Below the pieces are notes generated by a model. It was given only the letters and a program-made list of their open reading frames with translations, searched no databases and was not told the DNA's origin. Below, piece after piece: positions 1 to 8,724 of a stretch of DNA of 64,000 nucleotides. Position numbers and translations under genes: made by a program. The DNA comes from Polyangiaceae bacterium. Its GTDB lineage: Bacteria; Myxococcota_A; Polyangia; Polyangiales; Polyangiaceae. Each line of letters starts with the position of its first letter. Position 1 is the first letter of the stretch. The stretch lies in assembly GCA_035063585.1 (NCBI GenBank), contig JAPSGB010000027.1:1-64000 (forward strand). Direction: 5' to 3'.

Positions 1-225
1 AGATCGGCTGGCTCGAACACGAGCGCGCGCGTGCCGTCGCGCCAGGCCCTCTTGAAAGAGAGCTCGAGCTTGCCGTCGGCGGTGCGCTCCAGGCGGTCCT
101 GCGCAACCGGGGGCCGGGTGACGTACTTGCAGAGGGTTTCGACGCGCCGGCGGTCGCGGCCATCGACGACTTGAGCGGCGTGGATGTTGATGCCGCGGAC
201 CTCGGCGATGGGCTGGTCGGTGGCG
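1..225 (-). pseudogene. IS91/ISCR-family (Y2_Tnp-like) rolling-circle transposase, C-terminal remnant; runs off the left edge
   Basis: Not in the ORF track. Manual minus-strand translation gives ..DQPIAEVRGINIHAAQVVDGRDRRRVETLCKYVTRPPVAQDRLERTADGKLELSFKRAWRDGTRALVFEPAD, matching the IS91/ISCR pattern HA..V..DR..LE.LC.Y..RPP....RL......G......K..WRDGT....EP. No start codon lies between it and the in-frame TGA at 285-287. The upstream boundary is approximate. Confidence 0.8.
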
Positions 226-284
226 CGCGATCGCGGCGGCGGGTCGGGCGACGCGAGCGCGGCCGGCGGCGCGACCCGCGCCGC

Positions 285-851
285 TCACGGCGTCGCGCTA
301 TCGGCGACCGGCGGCGGCGGCGCGACGCTGAGCGTCTCGGCGTCGAGGGCGACGCGGCTGGGGTCGGCCCGATCGACCGAGAGCGTGAGCCAAGCGCCGG
401 GCTGCACCCGCGCGAGCGACACCTTGGGGATGAGCTGCGTGAAGCGGGCCGAGTACGGCGGTTTGCCTTGCGGGTAGAGCTTGACCGTCAGCTCGAGACA
501 CGTTGCCGTCTTCGACCCGATCAAGCAGTCGCCGTCCGTCATGCGCTCGACCTGCGCGGTGGTTGGTGTCCCCTGAGCGACGATCTGGTTCACCTCGGCC
601 CATTGACGTTCGTTCAGGTAATACATACCCCCGCCGACCCCGAGGACGCCGAGTACGGTGAGGCCGATCAGGTTGCGGTTTCGATTCGACGTCAGCTCGA
701 GGAGCGATTTGTCGATGAACGCCTGATTTCCGGCGGATGACCGGCGGCGCTGCGCCAGCAACTGCTCGACCGATGGTCTGAGCGCGGGCTTCCGCGTGAG
801 GAGCCGGTCCACGCGCTCGCGAACCTTCGGCGGGAGGTCATCGAGTTCCAT
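285..851 (-). CDS. hypothetical single-TM membrane protein (DUF3592-like beta domain possible)
   Basis: 188-aa ORF, GAGG RBS, TM segment LIGLTVLGVLGVGGGMYYL, C-terminal ..VDRADPSRV. Confidence 0.7.
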   Translation of the reverse strand: MELDDLPPKVRERVDRLLTRKPALRPSVEQLLAQRRRSSAGNQAFIDKSLLELTSNRNRNLIGLTVLGVLGVGGGMYYLNERQWAEVNQIVAQGTPTTAQVERMTDGDCLIGSKTATCLELTVKLYPQGKPPYSARFTQLIPKVSLARVQPGAWLTLSVDRADPSRVALDAETLSVAPPPPVADSATP

Positions 852-933
852 GTCGTCGCCTCTACCACGATGCTTCGGCCCCGCACCGCGGCGCTCGCTT
901 CGGCGGTCCGCGCGAGCGTCGGCGGGCGGCGGC

Positions 934-3102
934 TCAGTGCGGCGTCGGCTGGGTGCAGCGTCCGTTGATGCAGAGGTAGCCCGCCGCGACGTCGCAGCAG
1001 TCGGCGGCCGTCGTGCACGCCTCGTCGGCCTCCGCGCAGCCGGTGGGCGGCGGCACGCACTTCGTCACGGGCGCACCGGCGTCGCTCGTCTCGCCGGTGG
1101 TGCGACAGAACCCGTTGCAGCACTCGGCGCCGGACTCGCAGCCCTCGCCGTCCGCCTTGCACGGCTCGAGCGCCGCGAACGCGCGCATGTTGCCCGCCTC
1201 GAGCTCCTGCCCGGCGAGATAGAAGGCCGGGTGGCTCGGATCGAGCTCGCCTCGCCAGCTCACGTCGATCGCCGCGACCCAGAGCTTCTTGCGCGGGCTC
1301 GGGTACTCGGCGCCATTTTCATAGCGTCCCCACTTGTTGTCGCCTTCGGCGACGGTGCCGCCCGGCGCGAGCATGTTGCCGTACGCGCGCCGGCTCGTGA
1401 AGACCACCCAGTAGTATCCGCCGACCGCGACCGGCAACACGGTGGGCTCGTAGTTCACGCGCCCCTCCTCCGCCTCACCGTAAGGCAAGTAGAGCGCGCC
1501 GCCTCCGTCGCGCCCGTTCAGCGCGCCGAGGGTGCTCACGCTCTGGCTCACCAGATCGACCAGCCGGAGCTCACCGTAGGAGGGGGTCGCGCCGAAGCCG
1601 GCCGTATCGAAGCGATCGCCGTCGTGGAAGAGCAGCCCCTCGCCGTCCGGCAGGAAGCTCGGCCAGGCGGCGATGTTTCCGGTGGCCGTGGCGACGTCTC
1701 TCAAGCCGGAGAACAGCGGAGGCGACTGCACGCCGTCGAAGTCCATCACGCTGAGCGTCTTACCGCCGCCCTGCTCCCAGCGGTTGAAGGCGACGCGCTT
1801 ACCGTCGTGTGAGAAGACCGGCGCGAGGGCGTAGCGGACCGCGCTCGTGAAGCTCGGCGCGGGCACCTCCGCGCCGCTCGCGGTGTCCCAGAGTCGCGAG
1901 GGGAAGTCGCCCGAGATGCCGCGGATCGGCGAACCTCCCGCCGGGCTGCCGTTCGAGAGCAGCCACGCGCCGTCCGGGGTGAGCGCCCCGAAGCTCATCT
2001 TCCGGCCGTCCGGGTCACGCACGCGGAGCGTGGTCGTGCCGTCGGGCTCGAGATCATACGCGGTGCTGTCCACCGGGTTGTCGGTGGCCCACGACTGCCC
2101 GGCGGTGAGCACGGTCCCGCGCGTGTTCACCGAGTGGCACACGGTGCACTCACCGACGAGCACCTCGGCGTCTCCGCCCGGCTTGATCCGCATCACGCTC
2201 CCGGTCCCGGCGAGGTGCGACGAGTAGGTGTTATAGTAAATGATTCCCTTGAGTGATCCCTTCGCGATCTTCCAGGTCTGCTTCACCGGTCCGGTCACCT
2301 GACCGCTGCTCAGCTTGGTGACCTCCACGCTGACGCCCGCGTCCGCGCCCTCGCTCTCGGTGACGCCCTTCCACACCGCCTCCGGCAGCGCGATGCGCGC
2401 CGGCGCCGAGGCTCCGAAGAACGCCTCGTAGCTCGAGTCCTTCACGGTGAGCTTGAGATAGAGCGCGTCCGCCGAGCCCCCGCCGAACTGCAGGGTGGGG
2501 GCCGGGACGCCGCGCGGGAACACGGTGCTATCGTAGGGGTACAGCCAGCGGAAGCCCGGGTCCGCGGAGCCGCCCGCCTCGAGCAGCGTCTGGTCGCTGG
2601 GCGAGACGCCGCCCGGGTTGTCTCGGACCGCTACCTTCACGGTGATGGTGGTGCTCGCGGTGAGCTTGCCGTAGGTCGCGGTGACGGTCGCGTGCCCCGC
2701 CACGACGCCCGGCGACGAGAAGAGCCCCGCGCCGTTCACGGTGCCGATGACGACGTCGTCGAGCGCCCAGGTCGCGCCGGCCGCGGTGGTGCCGTTCGAG
2801 AGTTTGGCCGTGAGTTGCTGGGTCACCGCGCCGCCGGTCGCGACCAGCACCGGATCGGCCGGCTCGATCGCGAGCCCGAGCGAGGCGTCGTCGCCGCCGT
2901 CGAAATCGATGCCGCCGCCGGTGCCGCCGCTCGCGCTCGCGCCACCCGCTCCGCCGGTTCCGGAGGTGGCCGCACCTCCTCCGCTGCTCGAGCCGCCGGA
3001 ATTCGAGGCGGTGCCGCCGTCTCCGCCGGCGCTGCACGCCGCGACGGCCGCGACCGCCAAGACCACGGCCAAGAACACCGAGCTCCGCTCCCGCGTCAGC
3101 AT
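934..3102 (-). CDS. secreted lipoprotein: Gly-rich linker, Ig-like domain, TolB/WD40-like propeller, C-terminal Cys-rich repeats
   Basis: Start re-assigned to MLTRERSS (TATCAT 6 nt upstream). Lipobox VAAC, PD40-like motifs (PVFSHDG, PSFLPDG, WVVFTSRR), two C..C....CC modules at the C-terminus. Confidence 0.8.
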   Translation of the reverse strand: MLTRERSSVFLAVVLAVAAVAACSAGGDGGTASNSGGSSSGGGAATSGTGGAGGASASGGTGGGIDFDGGDDASLGLAIEPADPVLVATGGAVTQQLTAKLSNGTTAAGATWALDDVVIGTVNGAGLFSSPGVVAGHATVTATYGKLTASTTITVKVAVRDNPGGVSPSDQTLLEAGGSADPGFRWLYPYDSTVFPRGVPAPTLQFGGGSADALYLKLTVKDSSYEAFFGASAPARIALPEAVWKGVTESEGADAGVSVEVTKLSSGQVTGPVKQTWKIAKGSLKGIIYYNTYSSHLAGTGSVMRIKPGGDAEVLVGECTVCHSVNTRGTVLTAGQSWATDNPVDSTAYDLEPDGTTTLRVRDPDGRKMSFGALTPDGAWLLSNGSPAGGSPIRGISGDFPSRLWDTASGAEVPAPSFTSAVRYALAPVFSHDGKRVAFNRWEQGGGKTLSVMDFDGVQSPPLFSGLRDVATATGNIAAWPSFLPDGEGLLFHDGDRFDTAGFGATPSYGELRLVDLVSQSVSTLGALNGRDGGGALYLPYGEAEEGRVNYEPTVLPVAVGGYYWVVFTSRRAYGNMLAPGGTVAEGDNKWGRYENGAEYPSPRKKLWVAAIDVSWRGELDPSHPAFYLAGQELEAGNMRAFAALEPCKADGEGCESGAECCNGFCRTTGETSDAGAPVTKCVPPPTGCAEADEACTTAADCCDVAAGYLCINGRCTQPTPH

Positions 3103-3220
3103 CCCACGATGATACCCGTTTCCGACCGCTCGCGCGACGGACGAGCCTCGGCCGGCGCCGTCCCCGCGTTTCGGCGAGGGCTTCTTTTCTGCCGCGCGCG
3201 AGGATGCTACGACGGCCGGC

Positions 3221-4279
3221 ATGTCCGAGGCATTCGCGCTGGTCACCGGGGCGTCCGGGTTCGTGGGAGGGCAGCTCGTGCGCGCGCTCCTCGCGCGCGG
3301 CGAGCGCGTGAAGGCGCTGGTGCGGCCCGGCTCGAGCCTGCGTCAGCTAGAGGGGCTGCCGAGCGAGCGGTTCCGGCTCGCCTACGGCGACATCACGGTG
3401 ATGCACTCGATCTACGCGGCGCTCTCACGCTGCGACCGCATGTACCACGTCGCGAGCAACTTCAAGATGTGGGACAAGGCTCCCGAGCGCATCTTGGGGC
3501 CCGCCGTCGAGGGCACGCGCGCCACCCTCGAAGCGGCGCGGCGCCGCGGCCTCGAGAAGATCGTGGTGACGAGCAGCGTGGCCGCCCTCGGCACCACTCG
3601 GCCTGACTCCCCGATGGACGAGACGCACGAGTTCAACCTCGACGACCCCGAGACCTACATCCTCTCGAAGCGGCGCGCGCTCGACGTGGTGGAGGCGTAC
3701 GCGAACGATGGCCTCCCGGTCCTCTCGGTCTTGCCGAGCGGGATCTTCGGCCCCGGGGACTGGAAGCCGACGCCCACCGGCGCGAGCGTCGTCCAGTACC
3801 TCCGCATGTCGCCCGCGTTTCGCCTGCCCGTGACCCGCGGCGGGCTCAACGTCGTCGACGTGGCGGACGTCGTGCAAGGCCACCTGCTCGCGATGGACCG
3901 CGGCCGCGTCGGCGAGCGCTACATCCTCGGCGGAGAAGATCTCACCTTCGAGCAGATCTTTCAGGCGCTCAGCGACCTCACCGGCCTCGCCGCGCCGGGT
4001 CGCACCTTGTCCGAGGGTCTGGTGAGCCTCGGCGGATCGCTCATGGAGCTCGCCGCGCGGCTCGGCGGCGGTGAGCCGCTGCTCACGCGGCGCCTCGCGC
4101 GCGACTACGCATGCGCCTACGCCTGGGTGACCAGCGCGAAGGCGGAGCAGGAGCTCGGCTACACGCACCGCCCGGCGCGCGAGGCGCTCGCGCGCTCGGT
4201 GCGCTACTTCCTCGAGAAGGGCTACGTCCCCGAGCGGGCGGCGCGCCGCGTGCGCCTCGATCCGAGGTTCGCGGCGTGA
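3221..4279 (+). CDS. NAD-dependent epimerase/dehydratase (HpnA / dihydroflavonol-4-reductase-like extended SDR)
   Basis: LVTGASGFVG Rossmann motif, TSS, YILSK catalytic YxxxK, GPGDWKPTPTG, GRVGERYILGG. Confidence 0.9.
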   Translation: MSEAFALVTGASGFVGGQLVRALLARGERVKALVRPGSSLRQLEGLPSERFRLAYGDITVMHSIYAALSRCDRMYHVASNFKMWDKAPERILGPAVEGTRATLEAARRRGLEKIVVTSSVAALGTTRPDSPMDETHEFNLDDPETYILSKRRALDVVEAYANDGLPVLSVLPSGIFGPGDWKPTPTGASVVQYLRMSPAFRLPVTRGGLNVVDVADVVQGHLLAMDRGRVGERYILGGEDLTFEQIFQALSDLTGLAAPGRTLSEGLVSLGGSLMELAARLGGGEPLLTRRLARDYACAYAWVTSAKAEQELGYTHRPAREALARSVRYFLEKGYVPERAARRVRLDPRFAA

Positions 4280-5034
4280 GCGCGGAGGGCGCGTCCGCTG
4301 CTGCCGTCGCGCCCCCGGTCGGCGCGGCGCTCGGCGAGGGGCTCCTCCTCGGCACGGCGGCCGCCTGCGTCGCGGCCGTGCCTGCCGCGCTCCGCGCGGG
4401 AGCGGGCGTCTCTCCCGGGTCTTGTTGGCTCGTCGCGGCCGGCGGCGTGGCGCTCGCGCTCGGCCCGCTCACCGCCGCGCTCCGCGTGCTTCGCCCCTGG
4501 CCGGCGCGGGCGGCGGGCGTCCCGCTCGGGCTGCTCGTGGCGCTCGCGCCGATGATGGTGCTCGGGAAGCTCTTGAAGACGACCACGCACCACCGCCCGC
4601 TCGGCGGCGCGACGTTCGCGATGCTCGCCGTGGGGCTCGTGCTCGGCGGCATGGCGGTCGCCGCGCGACTGGTCGCGTGGTCGCGATCGGACGCCGGGCG
4701 CGCGCGCGGCCTCGCGCGGCTCTCGCTCATCGCGCTCGCGGTCCTCTCGGGGCTCGCCGCGCTCGCGCTCGGGCGCGCGGCGTTCGGCGCGGCGAGCGGC
4801 GGCGTCGGCGCGGGCGTGCTCCAGGGGGCGTTCGCGCTCGCGCTCGCCGCGGGCGCGTCGCTCGCGCCGGTGCCCGCCGCGCTCGCGCGCTCCGCGCGGC
4901 TCGCCGGGCCGACCCTCTGGGTGCTCGTCGCGCTCGCCGGGTCGCTCGCCGGCCGCGCCGCTCCAACCGCCCGATCGGCCATCTTCGAGCGCTCACCGGT
5001 GCTCGGCGGTCCGTCGATGTGGCTCGCCCCCTGA
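4276..5034 (+). CDS. multi-pass membrane protein, hypothetical
   Basis: GTG start overlaps the upstream TGA (GTGA); several hydrophobic helices; TTHHRPLGGATFA motif. Confidence 0.7.
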   Translation: MSAEGASAAAVAPPVGAALGEGLLLGTAAACVAAVPAALRAGAGVSPGSCWLVAAGGVALALGPLTAALRVLRPWPARAAGVPLGLLVALAPMMVLGKLLKTTTHHRPLGGATFAMLAVGLVLGGMAVAARLVAWSRSDAGRARGLARLSLIALAVLSGLAALALGRAAFGAASGGVGAGVLQGAFALALAAGASLAPVPAALARSARLAGPTLWVLVALAGSLAGRAAPTARSAIFERSPVLGGPSMWLAP

Positions 5035-5077
5035 GCCGGCGAGCGCCGCGAGGGAAGAGATCCCGCCGGGCGCGGGT

Positions 5078-5106
5078 TTGACGATGCCGGGTGCCGTGGC
5101 TAAGTT
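5078..5106 (+). promoter_or_regulatory. sigma70-type promoter of the BI-1/YccA gene
   Basis: TTGACG (5078-5083), 17-nt spacer, TAAGTT (5101-5106). Confidence 0.55.
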
Positions 5107-5141
5107 GCCGCGAGTCCCTGGGGAAGAGGCACACGAGCATC

Positions 5142-5912
5142 ATGTATCAAGGTCAATATCCGGTCGGCGCGTTCTCCCAGCCCGAGGCCCTCGCGGGCGC
5201 GAGCAAGCTCGCGTTCCTCCGCAAGGTCTACGGGCTCCTCACCACCAGCGTCGTGGCCGCGGCGGGCGGCGCGATGGTCGCGCTCTACGCGGGCACCGGC
5301 GCGTCGGCGGCGACCGTCGATCTCGGTGACGGCGCGGTCGCGACCATCCCACCCTTGGTGGCGCTCTTCAGCGGCGGTTGGCTCTCGGCGCTGCTCGGCT
5401 TCGCGCTCATGTTCGGCGCGTTCATGCTCGCTGGCGCGGTGCGTCACAAGCCCGGGGTCAACCTCCTCGCGCTGCACGGCGCGGCCTTCGTGAGCGGCGT
5501 CTACATCGCGCCGATGATCTTCTTCGCGATGCTCATGGCGTCGACCGGGCACACGCTCTCTGCGTCGCCGGTGCGCGACGCGTTCCTGCTCGCGGTCGGC
5601 GGCTTCGGCGGGCTGAGCGCCTACACGCTGATCACGAAGAAGGATTTCTCGTTCCTCCGCGGCTTCCTCACCATGGGCTTCTTCGTGGTGTTCATCGGCC
5701 TGCTCATCGGCATGTTCCTGCAGAGCGGCGTGTTCCAACTCGCGGTAGCGAGCGCGGGCGTGCTGCTCTTCGGCGGCTACATCCTCTACGACACCTCGAA
5801 GCTGCTCCGCTCCGGCAATGACGACCCGATCGGCGCCACCATCCAGCTATTTCTCGACTTCTTCAACCTGTTCATCATGCTCCTCAGCATCCTGAGCAGC
5901 CGGCGGAACTGA
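5142..5912 (+). CDS. Bax inhibitor-1/YccA family membrane protein
   Basis: FLRKVYGLL, KKDFSFL, YILYDT, LFLDFFNLF motifs; about 7 TM helices. Confidence 0.92.
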   Translation: MYQGQYPVGAFSQPEALAGASKLAFLRKVYGLLTTSVVAAAGGAMVALYAGTGASAATVDLGDGAVATIPPLVALFSGGWLSALLGFALMFGAFMLAGAVRHKPGVNLLALHGAAFVSGVYIAPMIFFAMLMASTGHTLSASPVRDAFLLAVGGFGGLSAYTLITKKDFSFLRGFLTMGFFVVFIGLLIGMFLQSGVFQLAVASAGVLLFGGYILYDTSKLLRSGNDDPIGATIQLFLDFFNLFIMLLSILSSRRN

Positions 5913-5933
5913 GCGCCCGTACCGGTCAGCGGG

Positions 5934-5981
5934 GAGCGCCCGAGGCAGCGCGTTGACGCGCGCCTCGGGCGTTCTTAGTTT
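5934..5981 (+). terminator. hairpin (probable intrinsic terminator) overlapping a putative sigma70 promoter
   Basis: GAGCGCCCGAGGC-A-GCGCG/TTGA/CGCGC-GCCTCGGGCGTTC stem followed by TTAGTTT; the same bases give TTGACG-N17-TAGTTT. Confidence 0.5.
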
Positions 5982-6016
5982 AAGAGCTTGCGCGATTTTG
6001 CGCGGGTCTTGACCGA

Positions 6017-7222
6017 GTGACGACGAGAGTGACGCGGAGCGAGCGGTCCTTTCCGGGTTCCGGCGGCGGTCGCCTCTTGCGCGCGCTCGTCGCGTGGCTA
6101 GTCGCGGCGTGCCTCGCGTGGGCGCCGCTCGCGGCGAGCGCCGCGCCGGGCCACACGCCGACGCCGGACGCGCCGCGGCTGGAGGAGGGGTCCCTGCGCG
6201 TCCCGCCGCCGCCGTCGAGCTACAACGTGTACGAGGCGGGATGGATCCGCTTCGCTTACCCGCCCTCGGTGCGCGAGCGCGTGCAGCCGCTCATCGCCGC
6301 GGCCACCGCGGCGCGCGACGAGCTGGGCCGCCGGCTCGGTCAGCCGGTGTTGAAGGACGTGCGGGTGTACGTCGCGCGCACGCCCGGCGAGATGGCGACC
6401 TTGGCGCCCGAGGGCGCGCCGTTTCCGGCCTATGCCGCCGGGGTCGCTTATCCGCAGATCGGGCTGCTCCTGCTCACCATCGCGCCGGTGCACCCGAATG
6501 ACGGCCACGAGCTCGACAAGATCTTCCGCCACGAGCTCGCTCACCAGGCGCTCCATGACGCGACCGACGGTCACCCGGTGCCGCGCTGGTTCAACGAGGG
6601 GTTCGCGGTGTTCCAGTCGGGCGAGGCGTCGTGGGACCGGCTGCAGCCGCTCTGGACGGCGACCGTGGCGCATCGGCTGTTCGACCTGAAGACGCTCGAG
6701 CGGAGCTTCCCCGCCGATGATGTCGGAGTCGAGCTCGCCTACGCCCAGGCGGCGGACATCGTGCGCTTCCTCATGCGTCAAGAAGACACCCAGCGCTTCC
6801 ACGCGCTCATCGAGCGGTTGCGGGGCGGCCAGACGTTCGACACGGCGCTCGAGGACGCCTACGGCGAGAGTGTCGCGACGCTCGAGTACGAGTGGCGGGA
6901 GGAGGTCTCGAAACGCTACACCTTCTGGCCGATCCTCTTCGGAGGCGGCCTCGTCTGGATCGGCGCGATCGGGCTCGTCGGCTGGGCCTACAAGCGTCGC
7001 AAGCGGCGCGATCGCGTGGTGCTCGCGCGCTGGGAGCGCGAGGAGGCCGCGGAAGACGCAGCGCAGACGCGCCGTCTGGCCGAGGCGGCCGCTCAGGAGC
7101 GGGAGCGGGTGCACATCGTGCTCTCGCGCCCGCCGACGCCCCCCGTCGACCTCCCGCCGCGCATCCCCGAAGCGGAGATCCCCCGCGTCGAGCACGACGG
7201 CCGCTGGCACACGCTCCACTAA
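6017..7222 (+). CDS. peptidase MA-like zinc metallopeptidase, secreted and C-terminally membrane-anchored
   Basis: Signal peptide, HELAH (HExxH), PRWFNEG, C-terminal TM helix. Confidence 0.85.
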   Translation: MTTRVTRSERSFPGSGGGRLLRALVAWLVAACLAWAPLAASAAPGHTPTPDAPRLEEGSLRVPPPPSSYNVYEAGWIRFAYPPSVRERVQPLIAAATAARDELGRRLGQPVLKDVRVYVARTPGEMATLAPEGAPFPAYAAGVAYPQIGLLLLTIAPVHPNDGHELDKIFRHELAHQALHDATDGHPVPRWFNEGFAVFQSGEASWDRLQPLWTATVAHRLFDLKTLERSFPADDVGVELAYAQAADIVRFLMRQEDTQRFHALIERLRGGQTFDTALEDAYGESVATLEYEWREEVSKRYTFWPILFGGGLVWIGAIGLVGWAYKRRKRRDRVVLARWEREEAAEDAAQTRRLAEAAAQERERVHIVLSRPPTPPVDLPPRIPEAEIPRVEHDGRWHTLH

Positions 7223-7512
7223 TCCTCCGGCGGCTCGCCCTCGACGGCGCGGTGCTCGACCCGCCGGCACTCGTCGATCAAGCGCTCGAAGATGCGCCGA
7301 ACGGTGTGCGGCGCGAGCGGCGTGGGGGCTCGAGCGGCGAGCCGCTCGAGGATGGCGCGCTCGCGCTCGGGGTCGTAGACGGCGAGGCCGCGCGCGCGCT
7401 TCACCTCGCCCACGGCCAGCACCGCGCGCACGCGCTCCGCCACCAGCTCGAGGAGCGCGCGATCGAGCTCGTCGATGCGGCGGCGTAGCTCGAGGAGCTC
7501 GTCGTCCGTCAA
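7219..7512 (-). CDS. chorismate mutase (AroQ/type II), monofunctional
   Basis: LRRRIDELDRALLELVAER, K, VYDPERE motifs; TTG start overlaps the upstream stop. Confidence 0.9.
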   Translation of the reverse strand: MTDDELLELRRRIDELDRALLELVAERVRAVLAVGEVKRARGLAVYDPERERAILERLAARAPTPLAPHTVRRIFERLIDECRRVEHRAVEGEPPED

Positions 7513-8693
7513 CGGACCTCGGTGGGGCAGCCGCTCACGACCTGGACCTGGATGACGTCTCCCTGCTTGAGCCGGTCGCAGGCCGGACCGACGATCTCGA
7601 TGCGATCGCTCGCCGCCCAGACCCAGCCATCGGCCGCGTCCGATGGCAGCAGCGTCTGGTCGAAATAGACGTTCACGAGGCTCGGATCCGGGGGCGCCTC
7701 GTCGAGCGCGATGTCGCAGCTGATGGCGACCTCGACGCCGATCTGCCGGATGGCGTCGCCGAGCTCCTTGGTGCTGGTCGTCTTGTAGTACTTGGGCTCG
7801 GCGCCGCGCGCGGTGCCGCCGGTCTCCGCGAGCTCGTCGAGCACGCCCGAGAAGAGCTCGCTGCCGGGCATCCCGATGACGTAGGTCCGGATCCCGGCCT
7901 CCGCGAGCGCGGCGACCGCCGCGACGCTCGCCGCGCTGTCGACGCAGTTATAGCCGCCGCCCACGACGTTGGCGGGATCGCAGCAATTGAAGGTCGTGTC
8001 ACAGGCCTGACCGTTCGAGAGCGAGAGGCCGACGATGTTCGGCATGCAATGCGCGAGGTCGCACGACGCGCTCGCGTTGCAGTTCGGCGCGCCGTCGGTC
8101 GCCAGAATGACCGACGTCTTGCCGGTGAGGGCCTGGAGGGTCGGCGTGAGCGCGGTGAGGGTCGCCGCGGTGGGCGTCCCGCCTTGGGGCGGATGGCGCG
8201 CCAGCCGATCGAGCAGGGTCGCGAGCTTCGGGCCCACCGCGCCCTGCTCCGCGTAGCTCGCCGGATCGCCGGGCTGGGTCGGGAAGATCTCGAGCCCCGG
8301 CCCGCAGTCCTCCGCGTCGTCGCTCGGGTACACCGCGGCGCCGTAGGAGACCCGGTGCCCGATCGCCATGAGAAGGGCCTTGATGGCGAGCTTGGCGCTC
8401 ACGTACTTGTCGAAGCTGCTCCCGGCGAGCAGCTCCGACATGCTGCCGGAGCGGTCGAGCACGAAGTAGAGGTTCGGCCGATGGACCACCACCGGGATGA
8501 GCTGGTTGCCGCAGAAGCCGCTGGCGTCGGGCGGAGGCGGGCCGCCCGGGCCCGAGTCGAATCCGCCCGGGCCCCCGCCGCCGGTTCCGGCGTCGAACCG
8601 GCCGAAGGGTGGCGGGCGCTCGTCCTTCGAGCCGCACGCCCCCGCCGCGCCGAGCGCGAGCGCGAGCGCTGCCACCACCGCGACCGACCGCAT
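7509..8693 (-). CDS. vWA-domain lipoprotein (myxobacterial type)
   Basis: Lipobox AGAC, MIDAS DRSGSM, GGTPT, LATDGAP; Cys-rich; TATAAT 6 nt before the ATG. Confidence 0.85.
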   Translation of the reverse strand: MRSVAVVAALALALGAAGACGSKDERPPPFGRFDAGTGGGGPGGFDSGPGGPPPPDASGFCGNQLIPVVVHRPNLYFVLDRSGSMSELLAGSSFDKYVSAKLAIKALLMAIGHRVSYGAAVYPSDDAEDCGPGLEIFPTQPGDPASYAEQGAVGPKLATLLDRLARHPPQGGTPTAATLTALTPTLQALTGKTSVILATDGAPNCNASASCDLAHCMPNIVGLSLSNGQACDTTFNCCDPANVVGGGYNCVDSAASVAAVAALAEAGIRTYVIGMPGSELFSGVLDELAETGGTARGAEPKYYKTTSTKELGDAIRQIGVEVAISCDIALDEAPPDPSLVNVYFDQTLLPSDAADGWVWAASDRIEIVGPACDRLKQGDVIQVQVVSGCPTEVR

Positions 8694-8724
8694 CCAGACA
8701 TTATAGCGCGCTAAGCTCGACCTC
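8694..8724. promoter_or_regulatory. back-to-back divergent -10 elements
   Basis: TATAAT (minus, 8700-8705) and TAAGCT (plus, 8712-8717) around the palindrome TAGCGCGCTA. Confidence 0.6.

Noticed and set aside
285..287. Selenocysteine or programmed readthrough joining ORF 285-851 to the transposase fragment
   Set aside because: No recognisable SECIS or redox context; frame coincidence is a sufficient explanation.
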